Positions 34,339 through 44,737 of a stretch of DNA of 64,000 nt are shown piece by piece. The position numbers were made by a program, and so were the translations under genes. The stretch covers positions 1 through 64,000 of the forward strand of contig CAXXMR010000031.1 of NCBI GenBank assembly GCA_963663805.2, in the 5' to 3' direction. Numbering within the stretch: the stretch's first letter is position 1; every line of letters begins with the position of its first letter. The notes below the pieces were generated by a model that did no database searches, had not been told where the DNA came from, and saw only the letters and a program-made list of their open reading frames with translations. This DNA is from Sedimentisphaerales bacterium (GTDB taxonomy: Bacteria; Planctomycetota; Phycisphaerae; Sedimentisphaerales; SM23-30).

Positions 34339-35156
34339 TGACTAAATATATATTTACAATAATCATACTGGCGGCGGGGATAGCTGACGCAGCGGAACTG
34401 GAACAGGAGCAATTATACAGTCTGGCGAACGAGGCAAGTTTGTTATTCCGTGCAGGTAATGAACTTAGCGTGAGCGATGAGCAGGCGGCGGCGGAGAAAT
34501 ATCAGGCGGCGATTCTCAGGTATAAACGAATAATTGAGGAAGGGCAGATAGAGAACGGATATCTTTATTATAATATTGGCAACGGCTATCTGCTGCGGGG
34601 CGAGATTGGTCATGCAATAGCTAACTATAAGCGGGCAATGAGGTTAGGATTGCAATCGCCGGAACTTATGAAGAATCTGGATTATGCCCGCGGTCAGCGT
34701 GAAGATGAAATTACGTTGCGGGCGGAGAAGAAGGTGCTGGAAACTCTGTTTTTCTGGCATTACGACATCAGTGAACGAGGCAGGTTCATCGCTCTAACTA
34801 TTTGCTGGATATTGACTTGTATAATGCTTGCCTGGGGATGGGGCAAGGTTCGGGGGCTGGTTTGGGGCGGAGTCGTGGTTGGGCTGGTGGGACTGGCCTG
34901 GGCGGGTTCGGTGGCGGCGACGGAGTTTGACAAAGCTGTAAGTATTGAGGGGGTAATAGTTTGTAACTCTGTCACGGGACGACAGGGAGACGGGGTGAAT
35001 TATCCGAGCAGCTTCGAGGGGGATTTACATGAAGGGACGGAGTTTGTGGTGCTGGAGAGCCGTAAAGACTGGCTGCATGTGGAGTTAGGGAACGGTACCG
35101 ATACGTGGCTGCCGTCAGAAGCAGTAGAGTGCGTGTCACAGTGCGTGTCGCACTGA
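34335..35156 (+). CDS. batE: BatE-like TPR/SH3 protein
   Basis: LYYNIGNGY TPR, two TMs, LHEGTEF...W SH3-like end. Confidence 0.8.
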   Translation: MMTKYIFTIIILAAGIADAAELEQEQLYSLANEASLLFRAGNELSVSDEQAAAEKYQAAILRYKRIIEEGQIENGYLYYNIGNGYLLRGEIGHAIANYKRAMRLGLQSPELMKNLDYARGQREDEITLRAEKKVLETLFFWHYDISERGRFIALTICWILTCIMLAWGWGKVRGLVWGGVVVGLVGLAWAGSVAATEFDKAVSIEGVIVCNSVTGRQGDGVNYPSSFEGDLHEGTEFVVLESRKDWLHVELGNGTDTWLPSEAVECVSQCVSH

Positions 35157-35206
35157 TAAATCGCCGCGGGCGTTTGTCGTATGGGGCGCTCCCGTTGGTC
35201 GCTTGG
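35140..35206 (+). repeat. ~67-bp dispersed repeat, copy 1 (copy 2 at 52622-52688)
   Basis: AGTGCGTGTCGCAC...ATAAATCGCCGCGG...TATGGGGCG.TCCCGTTGGTCGCTTGG shared by both copies. Confidence 0.85.
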
Positions 35207-35725
35207 TTGGTGGGCAAATATGGGTTTGTAAGTGCTTGTTTTGTGTTAAGGAAATCGTTGTAAGTCCTTATTTTTGTGAGCGCTAAGGTTACTTTGGGGG
35301 CGCGATTGGGGCTGAAAACGGGGATTTTGGGTGTGGCTTTCGCCTTAATGCGCAATTTAAAGGGGGTCAAATCAGCGCGATTGGGGATTTTGGGGGGACA
35401 AAAAGAGTGTTTGGGGTAAGGGGGTGGGGGATTTTGGTTGTAAATATGCCTGTTTGGGGCGTTATTGCGGTGGTAAAGTCGTGTTTGCGATGGAGGTTTT
35501 CGGCGCGGTTTGGACTGGGACGACCGATTTTTGACGATTTTTTTGATTTTTCGAGCGATTTTTTTGATTTTTTGGCGTGGTTTTTGGGGGAAATTGGAGG
35601 TTTTGTGGGGAAGGCAGGAGAGAAGAAGGGATGAGGCAAGAGTGAACGGCGAGGTGCTGCCTTTGGCAGGGAGTGTTTTTATTTTCAAACAAGAAAAAAA
35701 GAGATTTGACCCCTTTTTTTCCACT

Positions 35726-38700
35726 TTAGTTCAGTGACGCGGACTGGTTGAAGTTGGCGAACTGGATGTTTACAGGTTCTGTTTCGTTTAATTCGGGTAG
35801 ATCGGTGTGGTCGATTTTTATTTTGTATTGGCATTTATCGAAATCGAACTGGGCGGATTTGACGGGGGTGTCGGAATCTTTGGGGCGTTTATATTTGAAT
35901 TTGCGGCCGGAGGCGGTGAAGTCCGCGGCGGCCATCTGGGCGGTGAAGGTGTCCCAGGTGAGGGTTACAGTGCTTTCGGTGAGGTCGGTATCGAGCTGGG
36001 CAGGGGTTATTTCGCCCTGAATGCTGAGGCTGTCGCGGCTGTCCTTATCGGAATATTTCACTTTCGATTTTGTTACCGATAAGGTGTCGGCGTAACCGTT
36101 GAGGTAATAGATAGAGAACTGCTCATCTATCTGAGCGGTGCCGTAAAACAGGCCGACAACTATCTCCAGAGTGGCGGGGCCGGTCAGGCCGGTCAAGTCA
36201 ATATCATCGGCGTTCAGAATAAAAACATTATCTTCCATATCGAAAGCGAACTGGCAGGTGCCGTCATATTCATCTTCAATTTCATATTGGCCATCATCGA
36301 GATTTTCGGCATTGTAAGTGAGGTCTCTTTGCCAGACGATTTCGGTGGCGGCATTGTAAAGGGTAATGGCGATAGTCTCGGCGGCGGCCAGGTCGTCGGT
36401 AGTAATGGCGAAGTTACTACCCTGGACCTTGAAGCTGTCGCCGTTGTCATCACGGTCGCGGTCGGCCTTGAATCTGGTTTTGTCGATGGTAAGGTCGACT
36501 TCGTGATAGACTATCGGGTTTTCATTGCCGCCGCTGTCGGTGTCATCATCGAGAATGGTATAGGTATAGGTTGTAGTGCTGCCGAGCTGAGCGTTGGTGG
36601 GGTCAGAGAGAGTGATGATTACTGTCTCACCATCTTCATCGAGTTCATCGTCGGTGATGCCAAGGGTTATATATTGGGTTTGTTCACCGGCGGCGAAGGT
36701 GATGGTTCCATCGGCGAGAGTATAATCGGTGCCGCTGCCGGTTGCGGTGCCGCCGGAAACAGTATAGTCAACCGCAATATCGCTGACGGAGATTTCCGAG
36801 AGGATAACGGGAATCTGGATTTCGGGGGTTGATTCGGCACCCGAACCGGAAGCGAGGCTGAACTGAACGATAATATCCGAAGCGGAACCGACGACATACC
36901 AGACCGGCAGCATGGCATTGCTGACCAGTGCTTCGGCGGTGCCGGCGGTACTCTGGCCATCGTCAGTCAGAGTAATGCTGTAGATGGTGCTGCTGTTGCG
37001 GGCACCTTCGCGCTGGAAGATAAGGCTTTGGCCATCGGGGGCATAGTCGGGATAGGCTGGTTCTGAGCCATTGGAGAATAAGGTTGTGGATTTGCCGGTG
37101 TATAGGTTGACAGCCAGCACACTGGCGGTATAGTCGATCATGTCGATGCAGAGCAGTGAGGGATGTTTGGGCGAGAGGACGGGGTTGCCGATACTGATGC
37201 TGCTGTCCTGAGTGGCCATGATGGAGTAGACCTGGCCGGTGTCGGTGTCGATTTTGTTGACATCCCAGAAGTCAATAGTGCCGGTTCCGGGCGAGTCGAT
37301 GCTCTTATAGCAGTCATAGATGAGGTATTTTTCATCGACCCAGACCATGACATCAGCGAACCGGACGATGTCTTCATATTGGCCCTGGGTGGTAGTCGGA
37401 TGGAGCAGAGTAAGCGTATCGGTTTGGTTGGTTTGGAGGTCAAGGATGTAGATGAGGTTTTCGTCGTAATCGCGGGTCAGGGCGATGCGATTTCCGCTGG
37501 GCGATACGGCGACGGAGAACCAGTGATCGGTGCCGTCGATAACGGTTTCGCCCGATTCATCTATCAGGCAGAGATTATAATTGCTGTCGATAAAGAAGAT
37601 TCGTTCGCCGTAGGCATCGACGGCGATGGGACGACCGGAATCGGTGTTAATCTGGCGGTAGGAGAGCTGCTCGAAATCCTCAAATTCGGGAGTGGTGTAG
37701 TAAAGCGAATGGTCGTGGGTCATGGGGTTATTGTTGACCAGCAGAATGAATTCATCGCCGCTGAGTGTCACGACTTCATCCGGCTCGGAGCTGGAGGAAT
37801 CATCATCGGTTATGCCGACCGCGTCATAGGCGGTGGCGACGGCCTGTTGTTCGGTTGAATCTTCGCCGTAGAGGTCAGCCGCTGCCTGGAGCATGGCGAT
37901 GCGGGCATCGGTGAAGTTGGACTGCTTAACGAGATAATTATTGAGGGCACGATACCAGATTTTGCCGGTGGCTTGCCGACCGATAGCTTCCATCATGAGA
38001 TAGGCGGCGTGATTGGTTATGCCGCCGTTGATGTGTACGCCACCGTTGTCATCATTGAGGGGCAGGTCCATGTATTCATCCATGTGGCTGGGCTGCCAGC
38101 AGCTGTCGTAATATGATGTTCCTCCGTTATGGGGGTTGGCCATGTCCCTGAGGGCCCCAGTTGGGAATGTGGTTGTGTCTTTGATGATGTCTTCGCCGAG
38201 CATATAGTCGTCATCGTCGATCATAACTCCGAAGACATCAGCGTAAGTTTCGTTTAGTGCCCCGGAGTCGTAGGCATATTCCAATGCGGCGGTGTATTCG
38301 ACCACGGCATGTGTCAGTTCATGTGCCGCGACATCGAGTGCTCCGGCCAGGGAATAGAAATAATCATCTCCGTCACCGAGCACTACCGCCTGGCCGTTCC
38401 AGTAGGCGTTGTCCATGGGTTGTCCGCTTTCGGTGACATGAATCATGGTTATGATGGTGCTGCCTTCATCGTCAAACGAGTTACGGCCATGTTCGTTGAG
38501 CCAGTAGTCATAGCTGAGTCCGGCGAAATAATGAGCTGAAACAGCGGCGGCGTCGGACCAGGAGTTGTTTGTGGAGGTAATGTCGTAAATGGTGGAGTTT
38601 TTGTTGAGGTTTTTTCCGCGCAGGTCCCAGGTGACAATCGTCCCTTGCGGATCGTTGGTGAGGTCGTCGTCTGACTGGCTGGTGTCGAACATGTCGCGGG

Positions 38701-39661
38701 TGGTGTCGAGCAGGTAATACTGATTGTCGATTTTGGTGGTGTTGATAATTACCGAGCCGGCATAGAGGGTGTTGGCCTGAGCGGTGGCATGTTGATAGTG
38801 ACAGGTAATGTTGTAATATTGCAGGACGCTGCCGTCGTGGGCATCGATGAAATAACGCCAGCGGTCACGCAGGCTGCTGGGGATTTCCACGATCCAGGCC
38901 AGGTGGATTTCGCTGTCAACTTCTTGCTGCCAGTAATAGATTTTGGCGACGGGGCGGGGCAGTTTGTATTTATCGTAATCGGCTTCGGTAAGCGGAGTAG
39001 CGGCAGTGATGAATATTAGTTCGTTGCTGACGATAGCAAGGGCGTGTTCGCGGGTGATGGTGGGATTTGCGTCAGGGTAAGAGGCGGTATCGTCCTGTTG
39101 GATGAGGCAGTTAATGGCGGCCAGGTTGCCATCGTTAGCATAGTGGGCGATTAGTTGGCGTCCCCAGAAGCTGACACCGTTGTGGCTCTGCTGGAACAAT
39201 TGATGTTTCATGCCGAGCCGGTCAGATTGGGTGCGTTTCAGGGTTAGGGTCTGGTTGGGGTCTCTCAGGCCGAACAAGGTGTTATGGTTACGCAGATAAC
39301 GCATGGTCAGGGATTTGCTGGTTTCGCGACTATTGCGGTTGGCTAAGCGTTGCCGGGCGTTGCTTGTGGTTACAGCGGTGATTCCCCGACGTTTTTGACG
39401 ATGGACGCGGGGAGAATTGTCGGCGTTGAGCTGAGTCTTTGTCTGCCGGGTCGAGCTGGGGGTGCGAAAAAGCCCCTGGACAGGGGAGTTTGCTGATGTG
39501 GTGGTATCATTGACGATTTTACCGGGCAGGCTGTCCAGGCTGGGCGCAGTCGGGGCGATGCGTGAGTGTTTGGAGGTTACAACTTTGTCTTTTGAGGATG
39601 CCAGAGCGGCGGCGGGGATTAAAAGTGCGACGATTAATAACAGTTTGCTGAGTTTTCTCAT
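35726..39661 (-). CDS. Secreted M4 (thermolysin-family) metallopeptidase with beta-propeller-like and Calx-beta domains
   Basis: Signal peptide, FTP/PepSY propeptide, NAYWNG, AHELTH, GALNE, DNGGVHING; Calx-beta motif TATGSGTDY..GTITFAAGE. Confidence 0.9.
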   Translation of the reverse strand: MRKLSKLLLIVALLIPAAALASSKDKVVTSKHSRIAPTAPSLDSLPGKIVNDTTTSANSPVQGLFRTPSSTRQTKTQLNADNSPRVHRQKRRGITAVTTSNARQRLANRNSRETSKSLTMRYLRNHNTLFGLRDPNQTLTLKRTQSDRLGMKHQLFQQSHNGVSFWGRQLIAHYANDGNLAAINCLIQQDDTASYPDANPTITREHALAIVSNELIFITAATPLTEADYDKYKLPRPVAKIYYWQQEVDSEIHLAWIVEIPSSLRDRWRYFIDAHDGSVLQYYNITCHYQHATAQANTLYAGSVIINTTKIDNQYYLLDTTRDMFDTSQSDDDLTNDPQGTIVTWDLRGKNLNKNSTIYDITSTNNSWSDAAAVSAHYFAGLSYDYWLNEHGRNSFDDEGSTIITMIHVTESGQPMDNAYWNGQAVVLGDGDDYFYSLAGALDVAAHELTHAVVEYTAALEYAYDSGALNETYADVFGVMIDDDDYMLGEDIIKDTTTFPTGALRDMANPHNGGTSYYDSCWQPSHMDEYMDLPLNDDNGGVHINGGITNHAAYLMMEAIGRQATGKIWYRALNNYLVKQSNFTDARIAMLQAAADLYGEDSTEQQAVATAYDAVGITDDDSSSSEPDEVVTLSGDEFILLVNNNPMTHDHSLYYTTPEFEDFEQLSYRQINTDSGRPIAVDAYGERIFFIDSNYNLCLIDESGETVIDGTDHWFSVAVSPSGNRIALTRDYDENLIYILDLQTNQTDTLTLLHPTTTQGQYEDIVRFADVMVWVDEKYLIYDCYKSIDSPGTGTIDFWDVNKIDTDTGQVYSIMATQDSSISIGNPVLSPKHPSLLCIDMIDYTASVLAVNLYTGKSTTLFSNGSEPAYPDYAPDGQSLIFQREGARNSSTIYSITLTDDGQSTAGTAEALVSNAMLPVWYVVGSASDIIVQFSLASGSGAESTPEIQIPVILSEISVSDIAVDYTVSGGTATGSGTDYTLADGTITFAAGEQTQYITLGITDDELDEDGETVIITLSDPTNAQLGSTTTYTYTILDDDTDSGGNENPIVYHEVDLTIDKTRFKADRDRDDNGDSFKVQGSNFAITTDDLAAAETIAITLYNAATEIVWQRDLTYNAENLDDGQYEIEDEYDGTCQFAFDMEDNVFILNADDIDLTGLTGPATLEIVVGLFYGTAQIDEQFSIYYLNGYADTLSVTKSKVKYSDKDSRDSLSIQGEITPAQLDTDLTESTVTLTWDTFTAQMAAADFTASGRKFKYKRPKDSDTPVKSAQFDFDKCQYKIKIDHTDLPELNETEPVNIQFANFNQSASLN

Positions 39662-39922
39662 GGAACTTCCCTTAAAATCGGCAATTGCGTTAAGGCAGGT
39701 TGTTACATCCAATTGACAGTAATGTTTAGGCCCCTAATTGTCAAGTTTGTCCCCAAGGCCGGTCCAAAGCGGGGTTAATGCGTAAGTATTGATATTATTG
39801 CATAGGTTAATGGAAAAAGTGTAAAACTTGTTTTGGATTCTCGATACCGCTATACTGAGTTTTTGGGCGGCTTGATGCCGCGTATATTGCCTGTAATGAC
39901 ATAGTAAGTAGGAGTACAAATC

Positions 39923-41305
39923 ATGTCGAAGGCTTATCAATCAGTTGTAATTGGTGCCGGGCCAGGAGGTTACGTTGCTGCCCTCCGGCTGGCGGACCAT
40001 GATTTGAAGGTTGCCGTGGTCGAGAATCGGGATTTGGGCGGGACCTGTCTCAATCGGGGTTGCATTCCCACCAAGGCCCTGCTGCATAGCAGTGAAATCG
40101 CTGACCATATCGGCAAGGCCGAGGAATATGGGATTAGCGTCAGTGATTTTCAGGTTAGTCTAAAGGCGATGATTCAGCGGAAGAATAACGTGGTCAAAAA
40201 GCTACGGTCCGGGGTCAAGTCTCTGCTAAAGGCCCGTAAAGTCGATGTTTACGAAGGGGTTGGGGTGCTTTCCGGCGATAAAAGGGTGGAAGTTACGCTC
40301 AAGAACGGTCAATCTGAGTCGCTTGAGGCTGAGAATATTGTCATCGCTACCGGCTCCGAACCGGGCGTACCAGTCTTTCTGCCGCAGGACCGTTCGGTGG
40401 TAATGACCTCGGATGAGATTCTGGATTTGGAGGAGCAGCCCGAATCGCTGTTGATTGTGGGCGGCGGGGTTATAGGCTGTGAGTTTGCGACACTGTTCAG
40501 CGAGCTGGGGACGGAAGTAACGGTGGTGGAAATGCTGGACCGTATTTTGCCGATGGCGGACACTGATATTTCCAAGTCGCTGACGAAGCATTTTCAGGGG
40601 CAGGATGTGGCGGTTCATACCGGCGTGGGGGTGGCGAAGATGGCAATTGTGGGCGGCAAGGTTAAGGCAGAGCTTCAGGACGGGACGGTTATCGAGGCAG
40701 AAAAAGCTTTGGTATGTACCGGTCGCCGCCCGGTCAGTGAGGGGTTGGGCTTTGAGGAAATCGGGCTGGAGATGGAAAAAGGTTTTATTAAAGTTGATGA
40801 TTACTGCTGTACGAATGTCCCCGGTATTTATGCGATTGGCGATGTGACGGGTAAGTGGCAGCTGGCCCATGTTGCGTCACGTCAGGGACAGGTGGCGGCG
40901 AACAATATCGCGGGAATCGAAGACAGCGAAGATTATCTGATAGTTCCCTCGGCGGTCTATACGCATCCGGAGGCAGCCTGGGTGGGCCTGACGCTTGAGG
41001 AAGCAAAAGGTCGGGGTTTGAATGCCAGAGAAGCGGTTTTTCCAATGATGGCGTTGGGGCGGGCGGTGGCTTATGACCAGATAGGCGGATTTGTTAAAAT
41101 TGTCTCCGGCGACGATGGCGAAATCCTGGGGGCTCATCTGTATTGTCCGGCGGCGGCTGATATTATTCAGGAAATCGCGGTATTGATGAAGTCTGAGTGT
41201 ACTGTGGCGGAGCTTGCCGCGACTATACACGGGCATCCGACATTCGCTGAGTCGCTGGCAGAAGCGGCAGAGGCGTTGCTGGGCCATCCGCTACACAGCA
41301 TGTAA
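39923..41305 (+). CDS. lpdA: Dihydrolipoyl dehydrogenase
   Basis: GAGPGGY, GGTCLNRGCIPTK, GGGVIG, LAHVA, HGHPTFAE. Confidence 0.95.
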   Translation: MSKAYQSVVIGAGPGGYVAALRLADHDLKVAVVENRDLGGTCLNRGCIPTKALLHSSEIADHIGKAEEYGISVSDFQVSLKAMIQRKNNVVKKLRSGVKSLLKARKVDVYEGVGVLSGDKRVEVTLKNGQSESLEAENIVIATGSEPGVPVFLPQDRSVVMTSDEILDLEEQPESLLIVGGGVIGCEFATLFSELGTEVTVVEMLDRILPMADTDISKSLTKHFQGQDVAVHTGVGVAKMAIVGGKVKAELQDGTVIEAEKALVCTGRRPVSEGLGFEEIGLEMEKGFIKVDDYCCTNVPGIYAIGDVTGKWQLAHVASRQGQVAANNIAGIEDSEDYLIVPSAVYTHPEAAWVGLTLEEAKGRGLNAREAVFPMMALGRAVAYDQIGGFVKIVSGDDGEILGAHLYCPAAADIIQEIAVLMKSECTVAELAATIHGHPTFAESLAEAAEALLGHPLHSM

Positions 41306-41330
41306 GCAAAAGTCCAATAAGAAGATTTTC

Positions 41331-41364
41331 AGGGCGTGAATATTCTCTATTTACGCCTTTTTTT
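41331..41364 (+). terminator. Terminator after lpdA
   Basis: GGCGTGAA/TTTACGCC hairpin followed by a T-run. Confidence 0.7.
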
Positions 41365-41648
41365 ATTGCGCTTTGTATCGATTGCAGGGGTTATTCCGGT
41401 CAGGTAATAATTCACAATAGCAAATCCAGCGAAAATGGCAGTTCGTGGTTTTGACAGGCGGGTTTTATATCTTAATTTGAAGTAGAGAAAAAAGTAATCT
41501 TAGAACAGTTTGGCTGGCCCGACGGTCGGGCTTATCCAGGCAGAAGAACCAATACTGATTCTAAGAATGTTTCGCAACGGAGTTTGTTGTTCGGCGGTGC
41601 TGCGTCGGCGAGAGATGTAAGTTACGATTTGAAATACATAGCGCCTAG

Positions 41649-41700
41649 GGAGGCACAGTATTAATCGCTTAGCTGCGGTTGGAACTGTGCCTCCTTTTTT
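41649..41700 (+). terminator. Terminator-like hairpin inside the flagellin 2 leader
   Basis: GGAGGCACAGT/ACTGTGCCTCC 11-bp stem plus T6, 60 nt before the ATG. Confidence 0.65.
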
Positions 41701-41760
41701 GTGCGCTCCGGGTATTAAGGTTTGTGGATTCGGCCCGGCGTTTCCAGCGGAGGTACAGTT

Positions 41761-43170
41761 ATGGTATTAAGTCTGAACAATTCCGGGATGATGGCGGCGG
41801 TCAACAATCTGACTCGTCTGGGCAATATGCTGGCGGTGTCGAATGAACGTTTGACCTCCGGCAAGCGTATCAATCGGGCATCTGACGACCCTTCGGGTAT
41901 AATTGCCGCGACTAATCTTAACGCTTCGATAGCTCGCCAGCAGGCTTCTATTGATAGTGCCGCGCGCATAGGTTCTATCGTAAGTACCGCTGACGGGGCC
42001 ATGTCGGAGATTTCCGATTTGCTGATTTCCATCGAAACAAATGTGATTGCCGCGGCTGATTCGGGGGCTACCGCCGAGGAGAAAATCGCGTATCAGGCTG
42101 AAATAGACCTGGCCTTAAATTCTATCGACAGAATAGTAAACACGACCAGCTTTAATGGCAATCTGCTATTGAATGGTGATATGGGATATACAACTTCGGG
42201 GGTGACCTCGACCGAGCTGGCCGACGTTTCGGTTGAGTCGGCGAATATCGCTTCTGGTTCCGCTTCGGTAAGTGTCGAAGTGACCGAAGCGACCGTTGCG
42301 GCGGTCACCGCAGATTTTTACGGAGCTGCTCTGGCCGATACCGGTACTTTAGAGATTACCGGAAATAACGGTACAGAAACAATCAACTTTTTTGCGGGCG
42401 ATACCAAAGCTGTCCTGGCCGGCCGAATCAATGCTGAAACCGCTAATACCGGTGTTACCGCTGTTGAGGAAGGCGGCACTCTGGTATTCAAAAGCGTAAG
42501 TGCCGGAAGTGACCAGTTTGTTACCGTTGATGCCGGCGGTGATAGTTTTGATTTTGTAGATGGGGTAACTTCCGATTACGGTGAAGCCGCCTCAGCTACA
42601 GTTAATGGAACAACCGCGTCTGTAAGCGGCAATGATGTTTATTTTGGCACCAGTACGGTTTCCGGTCGGATTACCCTCAGTAACGCGTTTCTGGCTGCCG
42701 GCGGCACCAGCAGTTTTACAGTTACCGGCGGCGGTTCGGATTGGTCGCTGGGGCTGAATTCCTATGATTCGATTAATTACGGTGTGAGTTCACTGGATAC
42801 CAGCAGTCTGGGTAACAGCGTTACCGGTTATCTTAGTTCACTTCGCAGCGGCGGGGCCAATGATATTAACTCCGGCAATTCCAGTACCGCCCAAAGTGTT
42901 ATCGACTCGGCTCAGTCGCAGGTCTCGCGTGAACGCGGCCGGTTGGGGGCGGTTCAGAGCTATGCACTGGATGCTACCACCAATGCTCTCAATGCCTCTA
43001 TAGCCGCTCTTAGCGAGGAATACAGCTCAATTATGGACCTCGATTATGTGGAAGAAGCCGCCAACAATGAGCGACTGACTACCATGATGCAAATCGGCTC
43101 AAATGTTATTTCCGCAATGAATGCCAATACCAGCAATATCTTGAGCTTGTTAAATGGGGCATTCTCCTGA
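41761..43170 (+). CDS. Divergent second flagellin
   Basis: ERLTSGKRINRASDDPSG, TSFNGNLLLNG, ERGRLGAVQ, SIMDLDY; GGAGG RBS before ATG 41761. Confidence 0.88.
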   Translation: MVLSLNNSGMMAAVNNLTRLGNMLAVSNERLTSGKRINRASDDPSGIIAATNLNASIARQQASIDSAARIGSIVSTADGAMSEISDLLISIETNVIAAADSGATAEEKIAYQAEIDLALNSIDRIVNTTSFNGNLLLNGDMGYTTSGVTSTELADVSVESANIASGSASVSVEVTEATVAAVTADFYGAALADTGTLEITGNNGTETINFFAGDTKAVLAGRINAETANTGVTAVEEGGTLVFKSVSAGSDQFVTVDAGGDSFDFVDGVTSDYGEAASATVNGTTASVSGNDVYFGTSTVSGRITLSNAFLAAGGTSSFTVTGGGSDWSLGLNSYDSINYGVSSLDTSSLGNSVTGYLSSLRSGGANDINSGNSSTAQSVIDSAQSQVSRERGRLGAVQSYALDATTNALNASIAALSEEYSSIMDLDYVEEAANNERLTTMMQIGSNVISAMNANTSNILSLLNGAFS

Positions 43171-43211
43171 CAGCGATACAATATATGGGAATATGTACCT
43201 CCCTCCCCAGG

Positions 43212-43243
43212 CCCGCTGGTCAGCACACCGGCGGGCTTTTTTT
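43212..43243 (+). terminator. Terminator between flagellin 2 and convergent xylB
   Basis: GCCCGCTGGT/ACCGGCGGGC hairpin plus T7. Confidence 0.75.
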
Positions 43244-44735
43244 ACGACTCTTCTTTCATCGCTTTCTGGAGAATTTTAAACCAACGCCGGTACGCTTCTT
43301 GACAGGGTGCGGTTTTGCTGCTATCGGGGTGGATGATTCTGGTGGTTTTCAGACCGGCGAATGCCTGTTGGGGGCAACTGTATATTCCGACGCCGATGCC
43401 GGCACCGCGGGCGGCGCCCTGGGCACCATCAGTGTTGTATAGTTCTACGGTGGCACCGGTGAGGGTGGCGAAGGTTGAGGCGAAGACGGGGCTGAGGAAC
43501 ATGTTGGCGTCGCCGGCTTTTACGGTTTTGATTCTTATACCGATTTGCTTCATAACTGAGAGGCCGTAGTTGAGGGCGAAGACGATTCCTTCCTGACCGG
43601 CGCGGAGGATGTGGCGGCGGTCGTGGATATTGAAATTGAGGCCGTGGAATGAGGCGCCGATTTCGAGGTTTTCGAGAGAACGTTCGGCACCGTTGCCGTA
43701 GGGTAGAATCGAAAGTCCTTCTGAGCCGACAGGAACCTGAGCAGCTAGCTCGTTCATCTGGGAATAGTCAATGTCGGCAGCGATGGTACGCTTGAGGAAG
43801 CTGTTCAGGCAGCCGGTGCCGTTGACGCAGAGCAATACGCCGTAGCGGGGATTTGCGGGGGTGTGGTTGACGTGTACGAAGGTGTTGACGCGTGATTTGG
43901 GGTCGTAGTTGGGCTGGTCGTTCAGGCCGTAGATGACACCTGAGGTGCCGGCGGTGGCGGCGATTTCGCCGGGTTCCAGCACGTTAAGTGACAGGGCGTT
44001 GTTGGGCTGGTCTCCGGCGCGGTAAGCAACGGGTATGCCGGGGGTTAGGCCGAGCTGGGAAGCGGCCGGGGTGGTCAGTTCGGCCTGGGTCGAGAAAACG
44101 GGGACGGTTTCGGGCAGGATTTCAGCGGGGATGCCATAATAGTCGAGCAGCATTTGAGCCGGGGACTGAGTCTGGAAGTTCCAGAGTATTCCTTCGCTGA
44201 GCCCTGATGAGGTAGTCTGGCAGCGACCGGTGAGCTTAAGGGCGATGAAGTCGCCGGGCAGGAGCATTTTGTAGATGCGTTTGAAGTTGTCCGGTTCGTT
44301 ATCTTTAATCCATTTGAGCTTTGAGGCAGTGAAGTTTCCAGGTGAGTTGAGCAGATTTTTGAGGCATTTTTCGGGGCCGATTTCGTTGAAGGCGCGGTTG
44401 CCGATTTCGACGCAGCGGCTGTCGCACCAGATGATGGCGGGCCGGATGGGGTTCAGGTTTTTATCGACGGTGACGCAGCCGTGCATCTGGTAGGCGATGC
44501 CGAGGGCTTTTACGTCTTTGAGGTCGATGCCGAGTGTATGGCTGATTTGTTGGGTCGCAGCGATGACGTGCTGCCACCAGTTTTCGGGGTCTTGTTCAGC
44601 CCAGCCGGGTTGGGGTGAGCTGATGGGCATTTCGGTTTGGGGACTGGTGGCCGAAGCAATCACTTTACCGGTCTGGGCGTCAAGCAGAGTGGCTTTGATG
44701 GATGAAGTGCCCAAGTCGTAGCCGAGCAGGTACAT
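43242..44735 (-). CDS. xylB: Xylulokinase (FGGY family)
   Basis: LGYDLGTSSIK, GWAEQDP, YQMHG, IIWCDSR, AGDQ, GTSG. Confidence 0.88.
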   Translation of the reverse strand: MYLLGYDLGTSSIKATLLDAQTGKVIASATSPQTEMPISSPQPGWAEQDPENWWQHVIAATQQISHTLGIDLKDVKALGIAYQMHGCVTVDKNLNPIRPAIIWCDSRCVEIGNRAFNEIGPEKCLKNLLNSPGNFTASKLKWIKDNEPDNFKRIYKMLLPGDFIALKLTGRCQTTSSGLSEGILWNFQTQSPAQMLLDYYGIPAEILPETVPVFSTQAELTTPAASQLGLTPGIPVAYRAGDQPNNALSLNVLEPGEIAATAGTSGVIYGLNDQPNYDPKSRVNTFVHVNHTPANPRYGVLLCVNGTGCLNSFLKRTIAADIDYSQMNELAAQVPVGSEGLSILPYGNGAERSLENLEIGASFHGLNFNIHDRRHILRAGQEGIVFALNYGLSVMKQIGIRIKTVKAGDANMFLSPVFASTFATLTGATVELYNTDGAQGAARGAGIGVGIYSCPQQAFAGLKTTRIIHPDSSKTAPCQEAYRRWFKILQKAMKEES

Positions 44736-44737
44736 TA

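Noticed and set aside
34972..35737. 250-aa Lys/Pro-rich ORF and overlapping small ORFs
   Set aside because: Product of a low-complexity G/T-skewed intergenic stretch, overlapping batE antisense
41415..41450. c-di-GMP-I riboswitch (AGCAAATCCAGCGAAA)
   Set aside because: No matching 3' P2 strand or GACGCAAAG junction follows
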